32,000 bases of DNA. Origin: Acidobacteriota bacterium. Lineage in GTDB: Bacteria; Acidobacteriota; Terriglobia; Versatilivoradales; Versatilivoraceae. A program made the position numbers and the translations under genes. The notes below the pieces were generated by a model, which saw nothing but the letters and a program-made list of their open reading frames with translations, searched no databases and was not told where the DNA came from. Shown here one piece after another: positions 19,194 through 27,901 of the stretch. Every line of letters begins with the position of its first letter. Position 1 is the first letter of the stretch. The DNA lies in the NCBI GenBank assembly GCA_040753175.1, contig JBFMEW010000019.1, positions 112,300-144,299 on the forward strand, written 5' to 3'.

Positions 19194-20060
19194 CTATTTG
19201 ATACGAGCAAAGGCCGTCTCCAGGGCCCTGCGGGTGTAGACCTTGGCCAGGTGCAGACGAAATTCCTCAGAAGCATGCAGGTCGGAGAGGGCTTCCACCC
19301 CTTCCACGGCCTTCTGGGAGGCTTTCTGGATGAGGTCACTGTCCACTTTCCGGCCCTTCAGGGCCGCCTCCACAGCCCTGGCCCGGTAAGCCTTGGGTGC
19401 GATTCCCGTAACGCCAATGCCTGCCTGTTGGCAAACCTGATTGGCGTCCACGGTCAGACAAGCGGCCACCCCTACCAAAGCGAAGCCTGAGGCTTGCTGG
19501 GCCATTTTGAGATAGCAGCCCCCTGTCCGAGCGGGCAGGCGAGGCACTCGGATTTCTGTGAGTAACTCGTTGGCCTGAAGTGTCGTGGCCAACATTTCCA
19601 GGAAGAAGTCCTCGGCCGGGATCCGGCGCTCCCCCGCTTTTCCCACCAGTTTGAATTCAGCGTCGTGCGCCAACATGGCCGCCGGCCAATCGGCTGCGGG
19701 ATCAGCATGGGCCAGGCTTCCACCAATCGTTCCTCTGTTTCGCACTTGAACGTCCCCGATTGCGGCCGCGGTCTCGGAAAGCAACGGGCATTTCTGCTGA
19801 AGAAGAGCCGAACTCTCCAGGGCATGGTGCGTCGCCAGCGCTCCAATCACAATGGCTCCGTTCTCCTCCCTGATGGAGTCCAGACCCCGGATACGACCGA
19901 TGTCTACGATATAGCGAGGCGCGGCCAGCCGGAGCTTCATCTGGGGGATCAAACTGTGGCCTCCGGCCAGAACCTTGGCCTCCTCCTGGTGTTTATCCAA
20001 CAGGTCCAGGGCCTCCTGAACCGACTTGGGAGCATAGTATTCGAAAGAGGTGGGAATCAT
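19194..20060 (-). CDS. FAD-binding medium subunit of a xanthine dehydrogenase/CODH-family molybdenum hydroxylase (CoxM-like)
   Basis: AGGAGGA RBS. MIPTSFEYYAPKSVQEALDLL...AKVLAGGHSLIPQMKLRLA and IGDVQVRNRGTIGGSLAHADPAADWP are FAD-binding PCMH-type motifs. Confidence 0.8.
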   Translation of the reverse strand: MIPTSFEYYAPKSVQEALDLLDKHQEEAKVLAGGHSLIPQMKLRLAAPRYIVDIGRIRGLDSIREENGAIVIGALATHHALESSALLQQKCPLLSETAAAIGDVQVRNRGTIGGSLAHADPAADWPAAMLAHDAEFKLVGKAGERRIPAEDFFLEMLATTLQANELLTEIRVPRLPARTGGCYLKMAQQASGFALVGVAACLTVDANQVCQQAGIGVTGIAPKAYRARAVEAALKGRKVDSDLIQKASQKAVEGVEALSDLHASEEFRLHLAKVYTRRALETAFARIK

Positions 20061-20213
20061 GCCTTGTGTCCTCCTGTCGTGTGCGAACCCCTCGAGTCTC
20101 TTAGCCTTCCTTCACCCGGCGCCGGTTTCCTCTGCTGAGGTCCGATCCGGCTCTGGTTGGGCAGGCAGCAGCGACCGCTGCCTGCACCGATGTTGAATAC
20201 CCAGGGTGGTTGT

Positions 20214-22541
20214 TCACGGCTTTTCTTTAACCAATTGCCAGATCTTTTCAGGGGTCAGCGGCATATCGATGTGCCGGACACCCAACGGCGACAGCGCGTC
20301 CACCACCGAATTCACCAGGGCGGGGGAGGCGGCAATGGTACCGGCTTCGCCCACTCCTTTGGCTCCCAGGGGGTTTACAGGTGACGGCGTCTCCGTGCGG
20401 TCCGTTTCCATTCGCGGAATCATAGTGGCTTTGGGGACGGCGTAATCCATATACTCCCCGGTAATCAGCTGGCCGATGTCGTCGTAAACCACCTGCTCGT
20501 AAAGGGCCTGCCCCAGCCCCTGCGCAACGCCACCGTGCACCTGCCCATCGACCAGCATGGGGTTGATCACCTTGCCGCAGTCGTCCACCGCGACATAACG
20601 TTTGATCTCGATCTGCCCGTTGTCACGGTCGATTTCACTGACCACCAGGTGGGCGCCAAACGGGAAAGCGAAGTTTGGAGGCTCCCAATAGTTCGTGCAC
20701 ACCAGACCGGGCTGAGTTTCCGGTGGCAGCTTCGAGGCCTTGTAGCTGGCCGCTGCAATTTCGGGTAAACCCACCGTCTTCCCGGTCTTGTTGCAGGTAC
20801 AGACCCCGGCGGCATATGTCACGTCCTCGGACTCGAGCAGCATGGCGCCGTACCGTTCGATCTTGTCCTTCAATTCTCGCAGGGCCAAAAACAAAGCCGT
20901 CCCGCCCACGGCCGTGTTTCGGCTTCCGAAGGTTCCCACCCCATGCTGCACGGTGGCTGTATCGCCGTGGAGTACGACGACGTCCTCGATACCGATCCCG
21001 AGTTCGTCGGCGGCAATCTGGGCAAACGTCGTCTCGGCCCCCTGGCCGTGAGGAGACACCCCGGTCATGACCGTCACACGACCGGTCGGCTCGACCTTGA
21101 CCGTTGCACTTTCCCAACCTCCGACCGGAAGTGCCGGCGAAGGGCCGAATGCGCACACCTCACCATAGGTGGAGAGCCCAATTCCCATCAGTCGTCCCTC
21201 CTGGCGAGCCTTCTTCTGTTCCTGGCGCAGTTGCTGGTATCCGGCAATGTCGAGGGCTTTCTGCAAAGGCGCGGCATAGTTTCCACTGTCATAGGACAGG
21301 CCCGTCGGGGTTTCATAGGGGAATTCGCTGGGCTGGATGAAATTCTTGAGCCGGATGTCGACCGGATCCATCTTCAGTTCGGCCGCCAGGATGTCCACCA
21401 TGCGTTCAATCCCGTGAGTGGCTTCAGGCCTGCCGGCCCCACGATACAGGTCCGTCGCCATCCGGTTGGTGAAGGCCCCCACGATATCGGCCCTCACGTT
21501 TCGGAAGCGGTATAGCCCGGGTATCATCAAAACGGACAGCGTTGGGATGGCCGGCGTCAGCAACATGTGAAACGCGCCAATGTCCTGAATCAGCTTGAGC
21601 TTCAGCCCGAGCATCGTGCCGTCTTTCTTGGCGGCAATCTCGAAGTAATCCACATGGCCGCGGCCGTGGATGGTAGAGAGAAAGTCCTCGCGCCGCGTCA
21701 GCACCAGCTTCACCGGCTTGCCGATCTTCATCGAGATGAACGCCGTCAGAGCTTCTTCGGCGTAGAGTTCGCATTTGCTGCCAAATCCACCCCCCACCTC
21801 AGGAGCCACCACCCGCAACTTATGCTCCGGCAGCCTTAACAGTTGCGAAAGCAGGGTTCGCACGATGTGCGGGATCTGGGTCGAGGTGTACACCGTCAGG
21901 GCCTGATCGCCCAAGTTCCAGATGGCCACCGTTCCCCGCGGCTCCATGGCCGAGGGAATCAGCCGCTGGCTGACGATCCGCTCCTTGACGACCACGTCGG
22001 CTTCGGCGAAGGCCTTGTCCACCTCGCCCCCTTCCTGGTGATAGGTGAAGGCGACGTTATCCGGCCACTCCGGATGCACTGCGGGCGCCCCCTTTTCAAG
22101 CGCCTTCTCCGGATCCGAAATGGAGGGCAACGGTTCGTAGTCGACTTCAATCAGGTCCACCGCGTCCCGGGCGATGTAACGATCCCGCGCCACAACCGCC
22201 ACGACAGGATGACCCACGTAGTACACCCGGTCCCGAGCCAGCAGCGAATGGTGAGGAACACGTAAGTCGGGAAGCGAGATGCCGCAGGGCACCGGGCCAA
22301 CCTCGGCGACATCCTTTCCGGTGAACACAGCCACCACCCCAGGTCGTTCCAGAGCGGCGGTGCTGTCGATCTTTTTGATCTTGGCGGCAGCATGTGGACT
22401 TCGCAGGATCGAGACGTAGTGCATGCCCGGCAGCTGGATGTCTTCGACATAGGTTGCGGTGCCTGTAATCAGCCGGGGATCCTCCCGCCGTCGCACGCGT
22501 CTGCCAATGAAAGGTTCGGCTTTGGTAACGGTCGTCTCCAT
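20214..22541 (-). CDS. Molybdopterin-binding large subunit of an XDH/CODH-family hydroxylase (CoxL-like, form-II-type active-site loop)
   Basis: METTVTKAEPFIGRRVRRREDPRLITGTATYVEDI is the canonical N-terminus. The start at 22541 lies 6 nt after the small-subunit stop. The active-site loop reads DLYRGAGRPEA rather than the AYxCSFR of bona fide form-I CO dehydrogenases. The C-terminal region is GVGEAGTIASPALVNSV. Confidence 0.85.
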   Translation of the reverse strand: METTVTKAEPFIGRRVRRREDPRLITGTATYVEDIQLPGMHYVSILRSPHAAAKIKKIDSTAALERPGVVAVFTGKDVAEVGPVPCGISLPDLRVPHHSLLARDRVYYVGHPVVAVVARDRYIARDAVDLIEVDYEPLPSISDPEKALEKGAPAVHPEWPDNVAFTYHQEGGEVDKAFAEADVVVKERIVSQRLIPSAMEPRGTVAIWNLGDQALTVYTSTQIPHIVRTLLSQLLRLPEHKLRVVAPEVGGGFGSKCELYAEEALTAFISMKIGKPVKLVLTRREDFLSTIHGRGHVDYFEIAAKKDGTMLGLKLKLIQDIGAFHMLLTPAIPTLSVLMIPGLYRFRNVRADIVGAFTNRMATDLYRGAGRPEATHGIERMVDILAAELKMDPVDIRLKNFIQPSEFPYETPTGLSYDSGNYAAPLQKALDIAGYQQLRQEQKKARQEGRLMGIGLSTYGEVCAFGPSPALPVGGWESATVKVEPTGRVTVMTGVSPHGQGAETTFAQIAADELGIGIEDVVVLHGDTATVQHGVGTFGSRNTAVGGTALFLALRELKDKIERYGAMLLESEDVTYAAGVCTCNKTGKTVGLPEIAAASYKASKLPPETQPGLVCTNYWEPPNFAFPFGAHLVVSEIDRDNGQIEIKRYVAVDDCGKVINPMLVDGQVHGGVAQGLGQALYEQVVYDDIGQLITGEYMDYAVPKATMIPRMETDRTETPSPVNPLGAKGVGEAGTIAASPALVNSVVDALSPLGVRHIDMPLTPEKIWQLVKEKP

Positions 22542-22546
22542 TGCGC

Positions 22547-23011
22547 TTACCTCCTCACCTGGGTGGCCGCAGCTTTCACCGCGTTGACGATATGCTGATA
22601 GCCCGTACAGCGGCAAAGATTACCCTCGAGTCCATGGCGGATTTCCTCCTCCGTGGGCTGCGGATTTCGCTCGAGCAGTTCGCTGGCTGCCATCAGCATC
22701 CCGGGAGTACAAAAACCGCATTGCAAGCCGTGCTCGCTCCAGAAAGCCTCCTGGAGAGGATGTAATCTGCCGTTGGTCGCCAACCCCTCGACCGTCAGCA
22801 CCTCCCGGCCGTCGGCTTGAACGGCCAAAACCGTGCAGGACTTGACGGCGTGGCCGTCCAGCAGAACCGTGCAGGCTCCACAAAGCGTTGTTTCGCAGCC
22901 GATATGAGTTCCCGTGAGGCCCAAGACCTCCCTCAGGTAGTGAACCAACAGCAGTCTGGGCTCAACCTCAGACTCGTAACGGGAGCCGTTCACGTTGACG
23001 GTGATCTTCAT
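22547..23011 (-). CDS. [2Fe-2S]-binding small subunit (CoxS-like)
   Basis: GGAGGT RBS 7 nt before the ATG at 23011. [40 protein letters not shown] and [10 protein letters not shown]...NLCRCTGY are the two 2Fe-2S cysteine clusters. Confidence 0.85.
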   Translation of the reverse strand: MKITVNVNGSRYESEVEPRLLLVHYLREVLGLTGTHIGCETTLCGACTVLLDGHAVKSCTVLAVQADGREVLTVEGLATNGRLHPLQEAFWSEHGLQCGFCTPGMLMAASELLERNPQPTEEEIRHGLEGNLCRCTGYQHIVNAVKAAATQVRR

Positions 23012-23220
23012 CGCATGAACCTCCGCATTCATGCCTACTGGCCCAGGCCGCTTGTGTGTTCGGAAAAAGGACCGAAACTGCCCGAAGCTACCCTGGCCTG
23101 ATATGTTGTCGATGTTCGCTGCGGATCTTACTTCCCTTGAGAACGAAAACTCAAGACGAAAGTGAGTGCGAGCCAGCCAAGGCCAGCAACGGCCGTCCCC
23201 AACCCAGATCGCCGGCCGTG

Positions 23221-23541
23221 CTACTTGCCAGGTGCCCGATAGCCCACCGTTTTCTTGGTGGCCGCGTCGATCTCCTCGGGAGTCATCAGGACGGCCGTCT
23301 TGAGATTCACCGCTCCGCTGGCGTTGACCGTTAGAGAGACGGCCGCCGCGCTGGCCTGGTCCGGTAGGTCAACGATGACAAAGAAATCGGATTCTCCGAA
23401 GGCATAGTAGAACGCCTCCAGCTTCCCTCCGACTCCCTTCGCTACTTGTTCAACCGCCGCTCGACGGCTGGAACCGCCCTCCTTCAGCAGTCCTTTGGTT
23501 CCTTCTGTGGAATAGGATCCATGAAGCAGGTATTTCGGCAT
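23221..23541 (-). CDS. GYD domain-containing protein
   Basis: GGAGGTG RBS then ATG at 23541. [61 protein letters not shown] matches the GYD family pattern. Confidence 0.7.
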   Translation of the reverse strand: MPKYLLHGSYSTEGTKGLLKEGGSSRRAAVEQVAKGVGGKLEAFYYAFGESDFFVIVDLPDQASAAAVSLTVNASGAVNLKTAVLMTPEEIDAATKKTVGYRAPGK

Positions 23542-23764
23542 AGGCCACCTCCGGTTCAAAGCCCTCGATCATGTTGTATTGGACTCAGACCGAACTTATC
23601 ACATTTCTCTGACGGTGACACGGCTTCTTGCGAGCCCGGCGATGGCTGGTAACAAGAACACTGCCGGCTTTGGCTCGCAGAGCGACTGTGTCGCCCGGCA
23701 GGATCGAGAGCCTTCCAGGAAACCCACGGTTGTCCTGATCATCCGTAATCGGAAACTCTGAAAG

Positions 23765-23791
23765 CCGCTCTCTGATTCGGAATCAGAGCGG
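23765..23791 (-). terminator. Candidate intrinsic terminator hairpin after the 756-aa gene
   Basis: CCGCTCT(CT)CTGATTC-G-GAATCAGAGCGG is an imperfect inverted repeat of about 12 bp with a 2-nt bulge. It starts 21 nt after the stop at 23812 and, on the minus strand, is followed by CUUUCAGAGUUUCC. Confidence 0.35.
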
Positions 23792-23811
23792 AAGGAAATC
23801 CCTCAGCAATC

Positions 23812-26082
23812 TCACAGCACTTTGCCGCTGGACGTGATCGTCATCTTCTTGCCGTAGGGATTCTCGCCCATTACTCTTCCGTCCCTCAGAACTCGGAACG
23901 AGTGGTCTCCCATTTCGACGTCGTAAAAGTGGCCTCGAAAACGGTAATCGCGCATCACGGCCTTTCCGTATTCGTGATGATACGAGGGCGAGATTTCCAG
24001 CGTCCCGTCGATTTGGGGTGCCAGGCCGAAGATCCCGAACAAAATGGCTTCGATTCCAGCCCCAGAGGAAATCTCCAGGGGCATGGATGACATGTCCTGC
24101 TCGGCGCGATCGGTCCTTGGGTTTTGGGGGATGTATGGGAAATAATCAATATAGTCCATGAATCGTTTCAGAATATTCCAGCCCAGTTCCGAATGACCGC
24201 TGCGGTAAAGCGATAGCGCGATGCGCAACGGCATGCCGGGGTATTGGCCGCCGCCTCCCCAATCGGCGTCGATCAAGTCCCAATGGATCCGATCCGTCTT
24301 GGAGATCGAGTACATCCCAAACCGGCCCAGAAACGCTCCCTCCTTGATATGGGAGATCAGCCGCTCTCGCTGGGCCGGGGTGAGGACGGGCGTCCCCAGA
24401 AGATCGTAGAGGTGGTAGCTGTAAACCAGCTCTCGATTTCCATCCGGAAAGAGGTTATCGAACCAGCCGGCTTTCTCGTTCCAGAGTTTCTCGTGAAAGG
24501 ACCGAGAGAGTTGATCGGCATAGCGCTGGAATTTGGCGCCGTCCGGATCCTCTCGTTCCCGGCCCCATCCGGCCAGATGTTGATAGAGCCAGATCGTGAG
24601 TCCATTGGTTACCGGAACGACGTTGCAGTAACCGTCCGTGCGAATCTCCACGATCTTTTCGGTATTCAAGCCGATGTCGATCAAGCCATCCTCGGGACGG
24701 CCGTACTCGTCGTGCAAGACCGTTCCCCATTTCTTCATCCATTCGTAAACGGTATGTCCTTCCAGCCGGTAGTCCAGAAAAGCCACGTCGCCAGTCTGCT
24801 TGAAGTAAGCTTCCAGCATCATCAGCAGGGCGAAAGGCTCCTGCAGATAAAGAATGTCACCCTCCGCACCGCGCCAGCTGATATAGGTTTGTTTCAGCTT
24901 GCCCTCTTTAAACGGGATCAGGATGGCGTCGCGCATGCTGCCTGGATCCAGCAGGCTCAGGACATGAGCGCTGAATGAATTATCCCAGGTGATGGTGTAG
25001 ATCCAGGTGCCCACGGCCCAGAATGGGTTCAGGATGAAGTCGTTTCTTTCCCAACGGCACTCCATGACGCTCAGCAGGCAGCGATTGTAGAACTCCTCCA
25101 GCTTGGGGTAATTGCTGGTGACCACGGGCAGCCGCTCCGCCGCCCAGCGCAGCCGGGCCCGCGTGTCCCGATGGGACTGCTCCATGCGATCCGGAATGTC
25201 TTGTTGATGGAGATCGGGCGTTTCGTTTGAGACGGGCTGCAGCACAATGGCGAAGTAGGCCGTGGCGGTTTCCCGACCAGGGATGGTGAGGTCCCAACCC
25301 TTTTCAGTGCGCTGAGCGAGCGTGCTGGCCAGAGTGATCCGGGCTTGCTCGCTTTCCAGCCGGAAAGCGTCGCGCTTTGTGACAGCCGTCGAGCCCTTGG
25401 CTGAATCTCTGGCGAGTCGCGAGGCGGTCTGGTTGGGAAGGATAGCCAGTTCCAGGGGCTCGCTTCGCCGGTTCGTGATTCGGAGCTCCAGGTAGATCTC
25501 GTCGACACGGGCCGAGACGGAAGCCTTTGTTTCCATCGCAAATGAAACCCAGCGCCCACTGTACAGCTTGTGGAAGGTTCCCATCCGATGATAGAGATTG
25601 GGCTGCCAGATCTCGTCCTGGGTCACCATCACGGTGGGAGAGTTCGGACGAAAGTTCGAACCCAGCGGATCGAAGCTCTTCCCGTGGCTCAGGTAGTCTT
25701 TCCACATGTCCGCCACGTCGTCCTGAATCAGCGTGGCGCTCTTCTTGTCCAGGAAATCGAGGTTGAAGTTGTAATCCGAAGAAGAGATCGGTAGGAACAG
25801 AATGTTGTGCAGACCGGTCAGAGTGTATTCCTGAACGTTGACGGCGCCACGCCCATTGAACAGCCGCAACTGGGCGTCGCTGAAGTGCATCCGCGCGCGA
25901 GGCATCTGCAGCATTTCGGGAGTCAGAACGTGAGGAGTGGGCGTGGAGACGACGTTCGAAGGATCCAGGCTCGACTGAGAATAGGCCCAAGGCGAAAACC
26001 AGACGACCAGAAGTACGGCGGAAGCCCAAGAAGGCAGGGTGCGACCAGATTGAAACGGACGATTGATGCAGTGGGTGGCCAT
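23812..26082 (-). CDS. Large secreted hypothetical protein; possible (alpha/alpha)6-barrel glycoside-hydrolase-like protein flanked by beta-sandwich domains
   Basis: AGGAGGT RBS. Signal-like SWASAVLLVVWFSPWAYSQ. 756 aa. The central region carries ITWDNSFSAHVL, a WD(S/N)xF-type motif recalling the GH63/GH37/MGH clan, and helix-rich repeats. The functional call is tentative. Confidence 0.4.
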   Translation of the reverse strand: MATHCINRPFQSGRTLPSWASAVLLVVWFSPWAYSQSSLDPSNVVSTPTPHVLTPEMLQMPRARMHFSDAQLRLFNGRGAVNVQEYTLTGLHNILFLPISSSDYNFNLDFLDKKSATLIQDDVADMWKDYLSHGKSFDPLGSNFRPNSPTVMVTQDEIWQPNLYHRMGTFHKLYSGRWVSFAMETKASVSARVDEIYLELRITNRRSEPLELAILPNQTASRLARDSAKGSTAVTKRDAFRLESEQARITLASTLAQRTEKGWDLTIPGRETATAYFAIVLQPVSNETPDLHQQDIPDRMEQSHRDTRARLRWAAERLPVVTSNYPKLEEFYNRCLLSVMECRWERNDFILNPFWAVGTWIYTITWDNSFSAHVLSLLDPGSMRDAILIPFKEGKLKQTYISWRGAEGDILYLQEPFALLMMLEAYFKQTGDVAFLDYRLEGHTVYEWMKKWGTVLHDEYGRPEDGLIDIGLNTEKIVEIRTDGYCNVVPVTNGLTIWLYQHLAGWGREREDPDGAKFQRYADQLSRSFHEKLWNEKAGWFDNLFPDGNRELVYSYHLYDLLGTPVLTPAQRERLISHIKEGAFLGRFGMYSISKTDRIHWDLIDADWGGGGQYPGMPLRIALSLYRSGHSELGWNILKRFMDYIDYFPYIPQNPRTDRAEQDMSSMPLEISSGAGIEAILFGIFGLAPQIDGTLEISPSYHHEYGKAVMRDYRFRGHFYDVEMGDHSFRVLRDGRVMGENPYGKKMTITSSGKVL

Positions 26083-26576
26083 GTTAACCTCCTAAACTCG
26101 TTACTCTGGCTGGACGACTTCACGGTGCCGCGATGAGAATCTCGTGGAAGTTGCGAGGGTTCTTGCGGCAGGAGTGCATGACGCGGTCTCGGAAAGCGGG
26201 GCCTCGTTAACGGAACCGTAACTCAAGCGATCGGAAACGTCACGCTCTTTTGGACTGCATCAGGAAATGATCCCCTTCTCGATCTGGCTTTCCACACAGT
26301 TCGCCGGTGGCCTGCCCGTTCGAACAGAACGTTCGACGTTCCAACGGTGAAGATTCTTGGAATGGGCTGCCGGCTTAGAAGCACGATCGGGTTCTCTTGG
26401 CGAGTCTGTGACTGTTGCGTTTGGTGGAAGGTGGCTCATGGCAGGTTGGCACCTCATGCCAAACGAGGATCGATCGGCAGGAGATCTCGAGAGCCACCGA
26501 GAATAGGATCCGGCACTCGAAACAATAACGGTTGATCACGCCTCATTCATCAAATAATGCGAATGCGGGCCGGACT

Positions 26577-26894
26577 TCACCCCGAGTCGTCGATGACCAC
26601 CGAGATGCCTTGCTTTCTCATGAAGTCCGCGATCTTTAGCGCAATCCGTTTACGGTCTGCTTCCGTGAGCGGCTCGTCCTGATGCGGCGGCAGCCATCGC
26701 CTGATGGTTGAGGAGTAGAGTACCCGGCTGGGATCGCCCTTCAACAGTTCAATCTGAAGCCGTAAACGGCGCTTTCCTTCAATGTACTGGTACTCGTCGC
26801 GCCCCGTTGGAATCAGTTGGGAGGACTCGTCCATTCGCGTTTCATGAACGATGCCGAGCCGGACCAACGCTTGCCAAAGAGCCGCGAATCTCAT
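26577..26894 (-). CDS. Small hypothetical protein, family B copy 1 (candidate immunity protein)
   Basis: The ATG at 26894 gives MRFAALWQALVRLGIVHETRMDESSQLIPTGRDEYQYIEGKRRLRLQIELLKGDPSRVLYSSTIRRWLPPHQDEPLTEADRKRIALKIADFMRKQGISVVIDDSG. It is identical to copy 2 at 72 of 106 hand-aligned positions. The 48-codon upstream extension is not conserved in the paralogues. Confidence 0.6.
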   Translation of the reverse strand: MRFAALWQALVRLGIVHETRMDESSQLIPTGRDEYQYIEGKRRLRLQIELLKGDPSRVLYSSTIRRWLPPHQDEPLTEADRKRIALKIADFMRKQGISVVIDDSG

Positions 26895-27024
26895 CGGGTT
26901 GTGCCCCTTGCAGATTGAGTTAAGAGTCTCGTCACTTGAAGGTGCGGGACCCAGCGTGGTCGCGAAAGTACCCGGGGGATCGCCTGACGGGTTCCACTCA
27001 GCATAGCGATCTCGAACGCAAGAG

Positions 27025-27345
27025 CTACTCCGAGTCATCGATGGCCACGGAGATACCTTGCTTTCTCATGAAGTCCGCGATCTTTTGCGCAATTCGCTTG
27101 CGGTCCAGATCCGTGATGGGTTTGTCCTCATGGGGGGGCAGCCACCGGTCTATCGAAGAAGGATAGATGAGTTTGCTGGGGCGTCCCTTCAGCATGTCGA
27201 TTTGGAGCGTCAGGGTGCGTTCGCCTTCGACGTACCGGTATTCGTCTCTCCCAATCCTTATGAGTCGAGAGTAGCGGTCGATCCGTGTTTCACGAGCGAT
27301 GCCAAGCCGGACCAACGCTTGCCAAAAAACGCTTAAGAAACGCAT
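27025..27345 (-). CDS. Small hypothetical protein, family B copy 2 (candidate immunity protein)
   Basis: 106 aa, MRFLSVFWQALVRLGIARETRIDRYSRLIRIGRDEYRYVEG...RWLPPHEDKPITDLDRKRIAQKIADFMRKQGISVAIDDSE. Conservation between paralogues argues that it is really coding. Confidence 0.65.
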   Translation of the reverse strand: MRFLSVFWQALVRLGIARETRIDRYSRLIRIGRDEYRYVEGERTLTLQIDMLKGRPSKLIYPSSIDRWLPPHEDKPITDLDRKRIAQKIADFMRKQGISVAIDDSE

Positions 27346-27534
27346 GGCAGGTTTACTTCCAGTCAGAACGATTCGTCGTCAGGAAGGTCAGCAGTCCCGA
27401 CGGTCCGGCACAAGCGGCTCGTTCACGGAAAGCCGGAATCTCAGACGAGCACCATCGGGCCAGGGGGTCTTTAAGGGGCTCTGATCCTCCCGCCATGGGA
27501 CTAGCCCTGTCCTGACTGAACCGCCGTACTCCCA

Positions 27535-27846
27535 TCATCGGATTTCGACAGAATGACCCTGTCGGTTGAGGAACTCCGAGATCTTCCCGGCAATTCGCTC
27601 TCGCTCGGTTTCGTCGATGTCCTCTCTCTCGTGCGGCGGCAGCCAGCGATCGATGGAAGATCGATCCAGCATTCTATCGGGCGTTCCGGAGAGCATCTCG
27701 ATGTAAACGTTCACCCGCCGTGCTCCTTCCACGAACTGATACTCGTCCCGGCCCAATCGGATCAAGTGAGAACTCCCGTCAATTCGTGTCTCCGCGCCGC
27801 CCAGGCCCAGTCGCAGGGTGCGGCGGATTTTCAAAAGGATGCTCAT
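27535..27846 (-). CDS. Small hypothetical protein, family B copy 3 (divergent; candidate immunity protein)
   Basis: The ATG at 27846 gives MSILLKIRRTLRLGLGGAETRIDGSSHLIRLGRDEYQFVEGARRVNVYIEMLSGTPDRMLDRSSIDRWLPPHEREDIDETERERIAGKISEFLNRQGHSVEIR. It shares the GRDEY.(Y/F).EG and RWLPPH motifs with copies 1 and 2. Confidence 0.6.
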   Translation of the reverse strand: MSILLKIRRTLRLGLGGAETRIDGSSHLIRLGRDEYQFVEGARRVNVYIEMLSGTPDRMLDRSSIDRWLPPHEREDIDETERERIAGKISEFLNRQGHSVEIR

Positions 27847-27901
27847 GTCTGTCTCAGTCCAGACCGGAACAATCGCAGGTTCGGACCAAATCGATTTGCG
27901 A

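Larger units (their letters stand above)
26577..27846 (-). repeat. Three-copy tandem gene duplication (family B), with a period of about 450-510 bp
   Basis: Copies 1 and 2 keep near-identical DNA at their 3' ends: ...gccttgctttctcatgaagtccgcgatct... in copy 1 and ...accttgctttctcatgaagtccgcgatct... in copy 2. They also share gccggaccaacgcttgccaaa near the 5' ends. The spacers between copies are unrelated. Confidence 0.75.

Noticed and set aside
23136-23155. A CTTGAG-N8-CTCAAG hairpin between the GYD gene and coxS
   Set aside because: It has only a 6-bp stem with an A-rich loop and no U-tract on the relevant strand. That is too weak to call a terminator or a riboswitch element. I also could not recognise a Moco-riboswitch consensus upstream of coxS.
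24244-26029. ORFs 24244..24978 (+, 244 aa) and 25304..26029 (-, 241 aa, alternative frame) overlapping the 756-aa gene
   Set aside because: Both lie entirely within a longer ORF that has a perfect RBS and a signal peptide. Their sequences are Arg/Ser/Pro-rich, and none has a start context.
26445-26462. A TGGCAC-N5-GCC string resembling the -24 element of a sigma-54 promoter
   Set aside because: The -12 TTGC element is missing at the correct spacing, and no plus-strand gene lies downstream.
26895-27038. Upstream extension of family B copy 1 (the 153-aa ORF), overlapping the end of copy 2
   Set aside because: The extension (MTRSSSCVRDRYAEWNPSGD...) has no counterpart in copies 2 or 3, whereas all three copies align from the internal Met. 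The same reasoning rejects the extensions 27847..27918 (copy 3) and 28394..28570 (the 163-aa gene).
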